32,557 nt of DNA from a virus (lineage: Duplodnaviria; Caudoviricetes): positions 1-32,557 of the IMG/VR virus record IMGVR_UViG_3300018073_000016; one strand, given 5' to 3'. The notes below the pieces were generated by a model. That model did not search any database and had not been told where the DNA came from. It worked only from the letters and a program-made list of their open reading frames with translations. The translations under genes and the position numbers were made by a program. Shown here piece by piece: positions 23,118 to 32,557 of the stretch (position 1 is its first letter; the number at the start of each line of letters is the position of its first letter).

Positions 23118-23592
23118 CGGCGTCCTCGCCAACCTTGACCGCAAGCCGGAGATTAGCCACGCCGACCCGGAACGCTTTGTCGGCCTGCGTGGCGCAGCGG
23201 CGGCCTTGTCCCGGCGTGCGGTGGATGCAAGCGTATGTGAACTACTCAATGAGGCGCTCAGCCGCCTTGTCGCCCTTCTGTACGAGTCGGACGGCGGCGG
23301 CCTCGCCAACGTCGATGGACTGACCGGGCGTATTCTGGTGCCATTGCCCCACGGCAAGAACGGCCACGCTCATTGGTCACTCAAACCATCCGAGGCGAAT
23401 ACGCTCAGAGATATTCTGTTTGGCTGGCAAGAAGAAGGGAATTCGCTGCTCTTTTACGAGTGGACGCGCCATAGCTGGTTCCTCAACCTTAGCGGCTATG
23501 GTACGCTCGGCATAGCAAAGGCGTGGTTGCGCTCGCACCAAATCACTGTCGCCCTGTATAGGTCTACGCGTGCCAAGAGAGTGGCGCGCTAG
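23104..23592 (+). CDS. Hypothetical protein
   Basis: Likely start ATG 23104 (MANTNG...) after AAGGAG, overlapping the previous gene. Confidence 0.65.
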   Translation: MANTNGVLANLDRKPEISHADPERFVGLRGAAAALSRRAVDASVCELLNEALSRLVALLYESDGGGLANVDGLTGRILVPLPHGKNGHAHWSLKPSEANTLRDILFGWQEEGNSLLFYEWTRHSWFLNLSGYGTLGIAKAWLRSHQITVALYRSTRAKRVAR

Positions 23593-23629
23593 ATGGTGTC
23601 GCCTAGCAATTTCCAGAGGTACACAAAGA

Positions 23630-23661
23630 CAACGCGCCGGGAAGCCCGTCCCGGCGCGTTG
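23630..23661. terminator. GC-rich hairpin ending the early operon
   Basis: CAACGCGCCGGGA-N6-TCCCGGCGCGTTG, 13-bp perfect stem. Confidence 0.6.
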
Positions 23662-23717
23662 CTGTCTCTAGTCCCCACCTGCTTCCAGGTTGTTATCTAA
23701 TTAAAAAGGAAACTCAA

Positions 23718-23966
23718 ATGAAACGTACTTTGCTCTTTGCCCTGTTGGTCGGCGTCTGCCTATTCGTCTTGCAGACTCATCCGATTGGTACAGGCGCCCA
23801 AGGCGCCATTACGGTTGCTGGCATTACCGATTCGCTCCATGCCACCAACGCCGCCATCAAAGCCTATCCCGCGGCGCAGGTCGGCCATCTGCTGGGCAGC
23901 TACATCGTCATGTTATGGAAGACCGAGGTCGCCAAACTCATGTTCTGGATTCATCTATTTGGCTAG
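23718..23966 (+). CDS. Small exported/membrane protein
   Basis: RBS AAAAGGA. MKRTLLFALLVGVCLFVL signal/TM segment and a hydrophobic C-terminus. Its stop overlaps the convergent gene's stop. Confidence 0.65.
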   Translation: MKRTLLFALLVGVCLFVLQTHPIGTGAQGAITVAGITDSLHATNAAIKAYPAAQVGHLLGSYIVMLWKTEVAKLMFWIHLFG

Positions 23967-24289
23967 GGCGGCGCCGCAACCGGCGGCTGGTAGCCCGTCA
24001 GCTTGTTAAACAACGCCTGCACGTTGGAGAGAATGGCATAGTCGGCCGCCGCCGGGTCAGCCGCCCAGGCGTCATAGGTGACATCCCAAGCAGCATCGGC
24101 CACCATCGCCGCCGGAAAGCCGTAACTCTGCGGGTTGCGAATCACATTGGCGAGTAGGTTGCTGTCGCCCTCGCCTGCCGCCAGTGCCTTGAGCGTGCTG
24201 ACGGCGTTTTCTTTGACCACGCTGTTGACCTGGTTGTTGAAGCCGGGCGAGGCGTTGAATGCCTCCTGTTGTAAGGCGCTGATGCCCAT
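23963..24289 (-). CDS. Tail-associated hypothetical protein
   Basis: 108 aa, RBS GGAGG, last gene of the tail operon. Confidence 0.7.
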   Translation of the reverse strand: MGISALQQEAFNASPGFNNQVNSVVKENAVSTLKALAAGEGDSNLLANVIRNPQSYGFPAAMVADAAWDVTYDAWAADPAAADYAILSNVQALFNKLTGYQPPVAAPP

Positions 24290-24290
24290 G

Positions 24291-24608
24291 CTATCCTCCC
24301 GCCATGCGCTGCAAGACTTCCGGGTCGATCTCGACGATTAGCTGCTCCAGCGCATAGACGGCGCCCTCGGTTCGGCTCTTGCTGACCTTCAAATCTTGCA
24401 ACCGTTGTTCGACGGCTTCAATCTGTGCCGTGACGCTGTTCTTCCCCTGCACCATCTTTTCCCACTTTTCGATCAGCTTGGCAAGGGCGATGCTATCCTC
24501 TTTTGCCGGCTCGAAACTAGGCGCATCCTTCTCAATGCCGTTTGCTGTCGTGTGGACGGTCGCTTCTGCTTCCATGCTTTTGCTCCTCTTTGAATTCCGA
24601 ATAGCCAT
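24291..24608 (-). CDS. Coiled-coil protein, possible tail fibre chaperone
   Basis: Likely start ATG 24608 (MAIRNSK...). The ..RTEGAVYALEQL coiled coil sits right after the fibre gene. Confidence 0.6.
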   Translation of the reverse strand: MAIRNSKRSKSMEAEATVHTTANGIEKDAPSFEPAKEDSIALAKLIEKWEKMVQGKNSVTAQIEAVEQRLQDLKVSKSRTEGAVYALEQLIVEIDPEVLQRMAGG

Positions 24609-24616
24609 TGATGCCT

Positions 24617-27600
24617 CTATAGGAAATAAGTGCCCCAAACGGCGACGGTATGGCCCGCCAGTACATTGGCGATGGTTAAGTCGGCACCGTTGGCACCTGC
24701 GCCAACGGTGCAATCGCTCGTGCGTAAAGTTGCCTTCGTCGTGTTCCAAATCGTGCCGTCAAAGTAGGCGGCGCTGATAATCTGCGTCGTGCCAGCGCGC
24801 GCTGGTTGGCTCGGCGGCAGCGAAACCGTCATGTTGCCCGTACCGCCTGAGCGAGAGGTAACGGGAATGTAGGCGTTGAACATGACCATGTTGCCGATGC
24901 GCGTATAGTTGCCATAGCGAGTCCCATAGCCAACTGTGGGCGCTGTCGTCGTTGCGCTGACCACAGGCGTATAGGCGACGGGCGTCTCAGCGTAGTCGCT
25001 CAGTGTCGTGTTGCCGAGGTTGATGCCCTGAAAGGCTTGCAAGAGACCCGTACTGATCGTCACCGTTCCCGCCGCGCTGATCGCCAGGCGGTCGAGGTTG
25101 TTGGTACGGAGAACAAAATTGTGATTTGTCCATGTTCCTACATAGCCAACGTTAGTGGAATGCAGGAACAATCCACCTTCCGCACCTGAGCTTTTCAGGT
25201 GAAGATTGGCGACGGTCGCATTTGGCGCAATCCAAATGCCGTTGGCATTAGTGTTCAGCGTGGGCGTCAAAGTCCCAAGATGCAAGAGCGCACCAGGAGC
25301 CGAGTTGTTAATGCCCGTAAATCCCGTTGTTTTGACCGTCAAGCCCGTTGCTGTGCTGAGGTCGGTGCTGGGCGAAACCGAGAAGGAATCGCCTAAACTG
25401 CCGTCGATGCCAATCGTCCAATTCGTCGTCTGCTGCGTAAATTGTAGGCGAGCGTCCCCCGCGCCCGCTTGCTGGATCACGATGCCGACTCCGGCAATCG
25501 CCGTGTTGTTTGAATAGACGTGCAAGGTATGGGTGGGCGAAGCAAGACCGCCGATACTGGCGAATCCTGTAGCTGCGTCGAGCCTCATGCGCTCGACGTT
25601 GCCGGTGGCTAAGAGTATGTCCTGGCCCGCGCCAACCGTTCTCAAAACTAAACGAGTCGTGTTGCCTTGCACGTAGGCATCGCCCGCCTGCAAGGCTCCT
25701 GCACCACCCGCAAAGAGGCTGCTGACGATGCCCGCTTCATAGGTGGAAGTACCTAAGTCGTTTTGCGACCGCCACGTTGCTGCCGCCGTCGTGCCCGTGC
25801 TGGTGTTGCGAATCAGGGCAGTTAAGCCGCCGGCGACATTTCGCGATATGTCGAGAATTTGTGCTGGCGACAGATTGCCAATGCCGAGGTTGCCGTTGGC
25901 GTCAAGCACCATCTTGCCGGATTGGACGGTCAAGCCTGTTTGAAACAGAATCTTGCCAGGGATGGCTCCTGCTGCCGGCGTGCCGTCCACTTGAAAGACA
26001 ATGCCTGCTGGAGGAACCCACGCTGCCCCATCCCAGGCGTAGCCCTGCATTGAACCGAAGTAATCGCCATCGGCGACAATGGTCTTGGATGCCCGCGTCC
26101 CCCTGGCCTTTTGCAAGGCGAGTACAGGCGTGAAGGTGTTGTTGCTGACCTGGCTGACCGTCAACCCACGCTCCGCCGCCGCACTGGTCGAGTGAACTTC
26201 CAGGTGGCTGTATGGGTCGCTGGCGCCGATGCCGACGTTGCCGCTCAGGTATTGGATCGCATCCGTAATAAAGCCGCCCGAACTGGGTCGGGCGGCCGAC
26301 GCTGCGCCGGTGCCGAAATAGGCGCCGCTGCTGTCCAGCCACAGGTTGTAGGCGACGGTGGTCGAGTTGATGGCGCGCAGCCGCACCGCCCCCAACGTGT
26401 TGCTGCCGGCGATGCCCTGCGCCACCAGGTCAAGCTCGGTATAGGTCGCCGTGGCGCGCGAGACGCCGACCGTGCCCAGCAGCTTGGCGACCAGCGGCGC
26501 CGTCGGCGGGATACCCAAATCCTCATACCAGCCAATCGTGTTGAAGAGCGCCGTGCCAAACTCAAAGGAAATGCCGTTGACCTTGTCGATGCTGAGAATG
26601 GCGTTGCCGACGTTGTAGAGGTTGAGGGGCGTATTAAAGAGGCGCATACCGTTCACGCGGTCGGCTGTCATGCCGATGAAGGGCGTACTCGGATCATCCG
26701 GCGCTTTCGTCAAATCGTTGCCGGTGGCAAAGCCATAGCGCGTCGAGGAATAATCGACAAAGCTGGTCAGGTTGCCCATCGTCACCGTCGGCACCAGGTC
26801 ATCCCAGTTGGTCGTGGCCGAGCGGCTGTAGATGGTGATGGTCGGGCCGACCTTCTGCACCGTCGGTGAGATCGGCTTGACCGTCTGCACGCTGGCTAGG
26901 TCGATGTAGCCCTCGCTGGTGGTGGCGCCGAGGCTGACCACGGCATCGCCGGCCAGCCATGTCTTTGCCCCGCTCGTATTCAGCCCACGCGTCACCGTAT
27001 AGCGCCAGCCCGCCGGCGGCCCTGTCACCGCCGTTGGCGTGGCGCTCGTAATCTTCATCGCCTCAATCTGCGCCACGCCGCCCGGTGCGCTCTCCAGATA
27101 CAAGTAGGTGCCGGTCGTGAAACTGGCGACGTTGTGCTTGAGGTCGATGGTCGTCTGCCCTGCCGTGATGTCGCTAATCAAACTGCTGGTCGGCGTGACC
27201 ATGATGCGCCCGCCAATCGTCGCCATCACCGAACTGGCAACCAGCGTCTCGACGTAGAGTTCGCGGGCATAGATGGTTGCCCATTTGCGGTTGTAGTCGC
27301 CGAAATCGGTGCGCGTGCCGCCGCCCGGCAAGACGTTGAAGCCGCCAGGGTCGAGGATGAGGTCGCCGCCGGGGATGATGCTCAGATTGGTAGCCGCCGG
27401 CGAGGTAATGCTACGCGTGCTGCCGATAAAGTCGAGGCCGGCGTTGAGCTTGACATTGCTGTCAAACTGGTGCGTGCCCGTCCAGGTGAAGTTATAGGCG
27501 GTATCGACAATCACATTGTCCACGTCAGCGCCGGCGCCAATCTTGACGCCTTTGGCGGCGTTGACGCTCAAGGCTTTGGCTGCGCTCAGCGCCAGACCCG

Positions 27601-30322
27601 CACCGGCAAGCGCCGCATCGATTGCCAGCCCGCTGGTCGTGTTGAGGCCGGATGGCGAGGCCAGCACAATCTGGATGTCGTTGGCGTTGACCTGGATACC
27701 CACGCCCGTGCCAACCGCCAACACACCCGCCGTATAGGTCAGCCCCGCGCCGCCCACCAGCGGGTCGAGCGCCATCGTATCGGCATTGGCGACCAGCCCA
27801 TCACCGGCCCCAACCGCCAGCACACCGGTTGTCAAGGTCAAGCCGGCGCCGGCCAAAGTCGCGGCCAGTGTCACGGCATCAGCACCAGCCACCAGCCCCG
27901 CACCGACGCCGACCGCCAAGACGCCTGCCGTCAAGGTCAGGCCGTCACCGGCGACGCTCGGCGCCAAGCCCAGCCCGCCCGTGATACCCAGCCCGCCCGC
28001 CGGCGCAAGGGTCAAGCCCAGCGTGAGGTCAACGCTCAACTCGCCGCCGCCGGTTAGCGGAGCAGCGGTATCGACGCGGCGCGTGGTCGGCATGGCATAG
28101 CTTGGGTCGATGGCGATGCTGTTGGCGGCGACGACGATACCGGAACCTGCGCCGACGGCCAGGATGCCGCCCGCCGTATAGGTCAAGCCGCCACCGGCCA
28201 AGAGCGGGTCAACGCGTAGCTGCTGGCCTGTAATGAGCAGCCCGTCACCGGCCGTCGCCAGCGCATGATGGGCGGCAGGGTTGGCGGCATGGGCGCTGAT
28301 GTCGATGCCGTCCACGGTGCCGCCGAGCGTGATGTTGCCCTCGACATCCAGCGAGGCTGTGCCGCTGCCCTGATTGGTGACGCTGACAACGGTTGGGGTG
28401 GCGGCGTGGGCGTCGATGATCATGCTGCCCGGATATTCCCACTCAGCGCCCGACAAGGTATCACCGGCAATCGTGCCGCTGACAAAGAGATGGTCAATGT
28501 ACAGATTGCGCCAGCGTTTCGAGGCGCTGCCGAGGTCAAAGGTCACATCGAACTCAGGCAGCACCGCGCCCTCGAAGATGACGCCAAGATCAGCCTCTAC
28601 ATAGATATTGCCCGTACTCACCAGACGGATATTGGTAGAGCCAATCGGCCCGCCGTCATCGGTGGCGTTGAGGCTCAGATAGGAGTAATCGGCGTCATCG
28701 GTCTTTCTCACCTCCAGCTCAAGGCGATTCGAGACCGGCGGCGAACCGGTATCGAGCTGATAGCCGGCAATGCTGGCCGGAGGATTGGCGCTGCGATCCA
28801 GTACATCGAACCACCAGGCAATCTCGGAGTGAATGCCCGGCGCCCAACCACCCGGCAAGGTCGGCATCAGAATCGCCAGCCCGTCATCGTCCAGCACCGT
28901 CTCGGCAGTGCGTAACATGCCGTGTAGATAGGCGTTGTCGCTGTACAAGCCCCAGCCCGTGGGGTTGAGGTCGGCGTCGCCGATGCCGTCGAGCAGGCCG
29001 ATCTGCGTGCGGATGTGGCTGTTGCCCGCCGCGTAAGGGTTGGCGCCCGTCCAGTCGCCAATACGAATCCACGGCCCGTCGGCGCTGTCGAGCGTGCTGA
29101 GGTGGACATAGCCCTGCCCGCTGACGCCAAAGTCCACCGCCAGCCGCCCCTTCTTGACGACGATGCCGGGCGTGCCTGCGCGGTGCGTATACGTCCAGCG
29201 CTGGCGGGTAATGCCGTTGATGTCAGCCGCCAAAGGCACATAGCCGCTGACCTGGCCCCATAGCTGGTTGACCTCAAGCCCGGTGCCGACTTCGACCGAC
29301 GAGATCATGATCCAGTCGCCATTGGCAAAGAGCGCACCGACCAGCGCCACCGAATCCTCAAAGGTGACGGCGACGGTTGCGCCGATGGCAGGCACGGTAA
29401 AGTCCTGGTAGACGATACCCATCGACTTTCCCCAGTACTCTTCACCGACGTCGACGCGCACGGTGTCGGCGATGAAGGTGCGGACGTGCAGCTCGTCGGC
29501 CTTGATGGCGTGCGTCGTCAACTGGCGGAAGCCGCCGCTGTTGATATGTAAGCTATAGCCGTTAATCGGGATGCCGTCGAGGTAATCGGTGCTGCGCTCG
29601 GTCTTGGCCGAGGCCAGCATCAGGTCGCCGCCCAGATTCCAGGTGACGTCGATGCCGGCGCTGCTGGTAAACTGGCGGTCGGCGGCGATAAAGTTGATGT
29701 CAGTATGCATCTGCACAGGGCTGTTAAACTGGTGCGTGCCTGTCCACAAAAAGTCGGCGTCCTCGTCAACGCGCACGGAACCGTCGCCGGCAAACTCGAT
29801 GCCGCCGCCCGCCTCCGTCCGCACATAGATCAGGTTGGAGTTGACGCCAAGCCCTCTGGTCGTGTCGGTGATCTCGGTCGCATCGACGCTGACAAAGTTG
29901 CCCAGCACATCCAATCCGACGCCGGCCCCAATCTTGACGCCCGTACTATCGAGGATGAGGCCGCTGTCGGAGGGCTTCTTGAGATACAACCCGGCGCTCG
30001 TCGCACCTATCCCGCCCACCGTGTCGTGCTTGGTCGAGATCGTCGTGCCGCTGATGTCAATGCCGTTGCCGGCAATGTAGGTCGGCCCGCCACCGCTGCC
30101 GCCGGTCGCATCCTCGTTGCGCCACATCGCCGTCGTGCCGTCATAGGTCAGCACCTGGCCGTCCGTGAGCGTGCCGAGATTGACATCCTGCAAAGTCGCC
30201 AGCCGCCCGCCGCTAACGGCGCTGCCGCCGCCGCCATGCCCGTTGCCAAAGAATCGTTGGAAGCGTTTGAGCAAATAGGGGTAGAGCAGGTCAGCCTGTG
30301 AGGATGCTTTGTTACTCGGCAT
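24617..30322 (-). CDS. Very large tail fibre / receptor-binding protein
   Basis: 1901 aa, G/T/A-rich. LQDV..DGQVLTYD...W, AGxGL repeats, GNVGIG-type repeats, C-terminal GNYTRIGNMV domain. Confidence 0.82.
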   Translation of the reverse strand: MPSNKASSQADLLYPYLLKRFQRFFGNGHGGGGSAVSGGRLATLQDVNLGTLTDGQVLTYDGTTAMWRNEDATGGSGGGPTYIAGNGIDISGTTISTKHDTVGGIGATSAGLYLKKPSDSGLILDSTGVKIGAGVGLDVLGNFVSVDATEITDTTRGLGVNSNLIYVRTEAGGGIEFAGDGSVRVDEDADFLWTGTHQFNSPVQMHTDINFIAADRQFTSSAGIDVTWNLGGDLMLASAKTERSTDYLDGIPINGYSLHINSGGFRQLTTHAIKADELHVRTFIADTVRVDVGEEYWGKSMGIVYQDFTVPAIGATVAVTFEDSVALVGALFANGDWIMISSVEVGTGLEVNQLWGQVSGYVPLAADINGITRQRWTYTHRAGTPGIVVKKGRLAVDFGVSGQGYVHLSTLDSADGPWIRIGDWTGANPYAAGNSHIRTQIGLLDGIGDADLNPTGWGLYSDNAYLHGMLRTAETVLDDDGLAILMPTLPGGWAPGIHSEIAWWFDVLDRSANPPASIAGYQLDTGSPPVSNRLELEVRKTDDADYSYLSLNATDDGGPIGSTNIRLVSTGNIYVEADLGVIFEGAVLPEFDVTFDLGSASKRWRNLYIDHLFVSGTIAGDTLSGAEWEYPGSMIIDAHAATPTVVSVTNQGSGTASLDVEGNITLGGTVDGIDISAHAANPAAHHALATAGDGLLITGQQLRVDPLLAGGGLTYTAGGILAVGAGSGIVVAANSIAIDPSYAMPTTRRVDTAAPLTGGGELSVDLTLGLTLAPAGGLGITGGLGLAPSVAGDGLTLTAGVLAVGVGAGLVAGADAVTLAATLAGAGLTLTTGVLAVGAGDGLVANADTMALDPLVGGAGLTYTAGVLAVGTGVGIQVNANDIQIVLASPSGLNTTSGLAIDAALAGAGLALSAAKALSVNAAKGVKIGAGADVDNVIVDTAYNFTWTGTHQFDSNVKLNAGLDFIGSTRSITSPAATNLSIIPGGDLILDPGGFNVLPGGGTRTDFGDYNRKWATIYARELYVETLVASSVMATIGGRIMVTPTSSLISDITAGQTTIDLKHNVASFTTGTYLYLESAPGGVAQIEAMKITSATPTAVTGPPAGWRYTVTRGLNTSGAKTWLAGDAVVSLGATTSEGYIDLASVQTVKPISPTVQKVGPTITIYSRSATTNWDDLVPTVTMGNLTSFVDYSSTRYGFATGNDLTKAPDDPSTPFIGMTADRVNGMRLFNTPLNLYNVGNAILSIDKVNGISFEFGTALFNTIGWYEDLGIPPTAPLVAKLLGTVGVSRATATYTELDLVAQGIAGSNTLGAVRLRAINSTTVAYNLWLDSSGAYFGTGAASAARPSSGGFITDAIQYLSGNVGIGASDPYSHLEVHSTSAAAERGLTVSQVSNNTFTPVLALQKARGTRASKTIVADGDYFGSMQGYAWDGAAWVPPAGIVFQVDGTPAAGAIPGKILFQTGLTVQSGKMVLDANGNLGIGNLSPAQILDISRNVAGGLTALIRNTSTGTTAAATWRSQNDLGTSTYEAGIVSSLFAGGAGALQAGDAYVQGNTTRLVLRTVGAGQDILLATGNVERMRLDAATGFASIGGLASPTHTLHVYSNNTAIAGVGIVIQQAGAGDARLQFTQQTTNWTIGIDGSLGDSFSVSPSTDLSTATGLTVKTTGFTGINNSAPGALLHLGTLTPTLNTNANGIWIAPNATVANLHLKSSGAEGGLFLHSTNVGYVGTWTNHNFVLRTNNLDRLAISAAGTVTISTGLLQAFQGINLGNTTLSDYAETPVAYTPVVSATTTAPTVGYGTRYGNYTRIGNMVMFNAYIPVTSRSGGTGNMTVSLPPSQPARAGTTQIISAAYFDGTIWNTTKATLRTSDCTVGAGANGADLTIANVLAGHTVAVWGTYFL

Positions 30323-30323
30323 G

Positions 30324-32177
30324 TTACCCCTTCACAATCTTGAGCGCGCTAAACGGGTCAGGCGACCCTTCCGATTGCACGGTCAGCCTGTCGCTTTCGG
30401 CGCTGTAGGTCGATGCTCGGATATAGACGGCAGCCCCGCGCGTCTGGCGGATGCCCAGCCCGTCAAGCAGCAGGATCGAGTCGATGCCGACGCTCTGCCC
30501 GTAGACCAGTTTGCCGGGTAGGATGTTGCTGCCGTTGGGATGGCGCAGGCGGCCATCCATGCCCAGCACATAATCCTCTTCGCTCGATAACGGCGCCAGG
30601 TCAATGACCACGCTGCGGTCACGCGTCACCCAGGCGATCATCCTGTCGCCGGCTGATGTGCCCATCTCCAGCAGCTCGTCGATCACATCCATCACCGTCA
30701 TCTGGCGGTCGTCAAACTGGCGTACCATGATGCCGCTATCGACGTGGATGATCGTGTTGTAGTAGCTCTCGACGCCGGCAATCGCCTTGCGTAGCTGTTC
30801 GGTACTCTTAATCTCGCCGATGATGCGAAAGGGCATGTCGCAGACAGGCGAGCGCGCCACCCAGCCGCCGCCGAGTGCGACCAGCACGTTGAAGAGCGGC
30901 GAGCCGGGCGTCTCAAACTTGGTATAGCCCTGCTCTTCATCGACCGCAATCTCGTAGCCGTCGTCAATGTTGGCGGCGCCGAGGCGATGGATGTGCAGCC
31001 AGTAGGGCGTATTGGCGGCCAGTTCGACCGGCGGCACCGGCGCCTCCGTCCAGTTCAACTCGGTAAAGAGGCTGGCGCCGCTGATATCGACCGCCGTCAA
31101 CATCGTGCTAGGAACGCCCAAAGTGTCGGCGTTGATCTCGACGCGCAAGAGGTCAGTCGGTTCGCCAATCTTGCGCCCGATGAAGCCGACGCGCGTCACC
31201 GTCCACGGCGTGTCGAGCCAGAACTTGGTGGCAATGTTGTCGGCCGCCACCTGTTCGCCAAATGAAATGCGGATCGTTGGCCCCGGCGCTTCGGGGATCA
31301 GGTCATCGCCGACGCCGATCTGGTAGGGGTGATCCATGTTCTCAACGGTGTAGGTGCCGTTGTTGGTCGTGCCCTCCAAGACTTCGACGGCGCCGGAGAC
31401 GGTAAAGGTGTCGTCGCGCTTGAGCGGCAGGAAGTCGCCGCCGCCATAGATTTGCATTTCGTCGGATTCAATGGCGCCCTCGGTATGGTCGGCAGGGTTC
31501 CAGATGCCAAAGCCAATCTGGTTGCTCGTCATATAGACGCCCAGCACCTGCACGCCGCTTTCATCGGTATGCTCTTCTAAGCCATCCAAGTTCTCAAAGT
31601 AGAGCGCATCGGCCTTGTACCATGTGCCCTGCGCCGTCAGCGTGGCGCTATAGCTGCCCTGGTCGCTGGTCGTGACGTTCGGCTGCGGCAGCTTCATCCG
31701 TTTGAGGATGGTCGCCTGCATATAGGCGGCGATGTTGGCGTTGCCACGCGTCGATCCGTAGATGATCTCCCGTTTGCCATAGCGCGCCACGCTGTCGTTG
31801 TCCTGCGCCCAGCCCGTCTCGTTGCTCTGCTCGGTGCCGTCGGGCAGGATGCTCGGATAGGTCACTTTGACGCGGTTGCGTACCTCGTCGAGGCTCATGT
31901 GAATCGAGATGTTGCCCAGATTCAGCTCGATGTCCCACAGGTCGCCCCACCACACGCACTCGCCAAACTCGTTGAAGATTTCTACCTTGTCGCCCAGCCA
32001 GCCGCAGAGCGAGGCCAGGCTTTCGGCGCTGCCGATGGCCGTAATACTCGCCTGTTCGCAGCCGCCGCGGTCATTGGCCGACCAGTGCTGCGGCGCCAGC
32101 ACGAGGTCACGCGGTAGCGTCTGGATACGGTTGCCGTACTGGATGTCCTTTTCGAGCTGGACGCTGAATCGTGGCAT
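30324..32177 (-). CDS. Minor tail / baseplate hub-like protein
   Basis: 617 aa. GGCEQASIT, VWWG, NRVKVTY, DSVARYGKRE motifs typical of tail-tip hub proteins. Upstream of the fibre gene. Confidence 0.65.
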   Translation of the reverse strand: MPRFSVQLEKDIQYGNRIQTLPRDLVLAPQHWSANDRGGCEQASITAIGSAESLASLCGWLGDKVEIFNEFGECVWWGDLWDIELNLGNISIHMSLDEVRNRVKVTYPSILPDGTEQSNETGWAQDNDSVARYGKREIIYGSTRGNANIAAYMQATILKRMKLPQPNVTTSDQGSYSATLTAQGTWYKADALYFENLDGLEEHTDESGVQVLGVYMTSNQIGFGIWNPADHTEGAIESDEMQIYGGGDFLPLKRDDTFTVSGAVEVLEGTTNNGTYTVENMDHPYQIGVGDDLIPEAPGPTIRISFGEQVAADNIATKFWLDTPWTVTRVGFIGRKIGEPTDLLRVEINADTLGVPSTMLTAVDISGASLFTELNWTEAPVPPVELAANTPYWLHIHRLGAANIDDGYEIAVDEEQGYTKFETPGSPLFNVLVALGGGWVARSPVCDMPFRIIGEIKSTEQLRKAIAGVESYYNTIIHVDSGIMVRQFDDRQMTVMDVIDELLEMGTSAGDRMIAWVTRDRSVVIDLAPLSSEEDYVLGMDGRLRHPNGSNILPGKLVYGQSVGIDSILLLDGLGIRQTRGAAVYIRASTYSAESDRLTVQSEGSPDPFSALKIVKG

Positions 32178-32557
32178 TAGATAGAAATCCGCCTGGGCCT
32201 GTAGCTCATCCGCACCTGCCAGGCGCTGCCCGCTTCCATCGTCACGCCGCCGAGGATAAAGCGCAGGCGGTTGATTTTGTTGGGATAGAGGTGGATCGGC
32301 ATAAAGTAGGGGCGATAAATGGGCAATTGCTCCGTCCCGCTCAGCCCGTAGACGCCGCCATTCGCCCCGTCATCGACAATGCTTTCGCCGTCGGCCAACG
32401 AGACGTTGCTAAAGGCGCGCAGCACCCGGTAGCGGCCTGACCCCGACGGAAAGAGCTGCACCCAATCAAAGGCGATGTCGTCTGAGGCGACCGTCGCTTT
32501 GGCCTTGACCGTGACATAGAGGTGCGGGGCGCTGTTGGCATAGTAGCCGCCCGGCGG
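32177..32557 (-). CDS. Tail protein, probably distal-tail-like (5' end outside the window)
   Basis: Frame stays open to the window edge and ends PIHLYPNKINRLRF...YRPRRISI. TAATG coupling to the hub gene. Confidence 0.55.
   Translation of the reverse strand, partial: PPGGYYANSAPHLYVTVKAKATVASDDIAFDWVQLFPSGSGRYRVLRAFSNVSLADGESIVDDGANGGVYGLSGTEQLPIYRPYFMPIHLYPNKINRLRFILGGVTMEAGSAWQVRMSYRPRRISI

Noticed and set aside
24617-25100. Diversity-generating retroelement target at the fibre tip
   Set aside because: No reverse transcriptase and no adenine-variant template repeat seen in the window.
26111-30301. Several 200-300 aa plus-strand ORFs (26111-26869, 27134-28057, 28265-28915, 29705-30301)
   Set aside because: Antisense shadows of the tail fibre gene caused by codon bias.

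Overview
The whole window is part of a GC-rich tailed dsDNA phage genome (siphovirus-like). It reads as a circularly permuted segment: both ends break in minus-strand structural genes (head-tail adaptor at the left, probable distal-tail gene at the right), so the neck, tail tube and tape measure genes lie outside. The minus strand carries a replication/modification arm (initiator with internal iterons, Lar-like, DUF3102, TcmP-like plus DUF5131) and a long late arm. The late arm starts at a sigma70-type promoter with a switch-like leader and runs through two N4/N6 MTases flanking a glycoside-hydrolase/M23 lysin, holin candidates, a TGT/DpdA-like gene, QueT, a ParB-like gene, a GREB1/TAGT-like glycosyltransferase, TerS, TerL, portal, minor head, scaffold and capsid. 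A short plus-strand early operon (21-24 kb) converges on the tail genes. Highlights: (1) a candidate salvage-type 7-deazaguanine DNA-modification module (TGT-like gene coupled to a QueT transporter, no que synthesis genes seen) next to an orphan ParB/glycosyltransferase pair; (2) a decayed lysogeny module with a tyrosine-integrase C-terminal remnant, a 3' half tRNA-Glu(CTC) attP-like core and an Xis-like HTH; (3) structured leaders ahead of the late and capsid operons; (4) an internally duplicated 1901-aa tail protein. The lysin architecture tentatively suggests a Chloroflexota host. All family calls come from motif recognition by eye; no searches were run.
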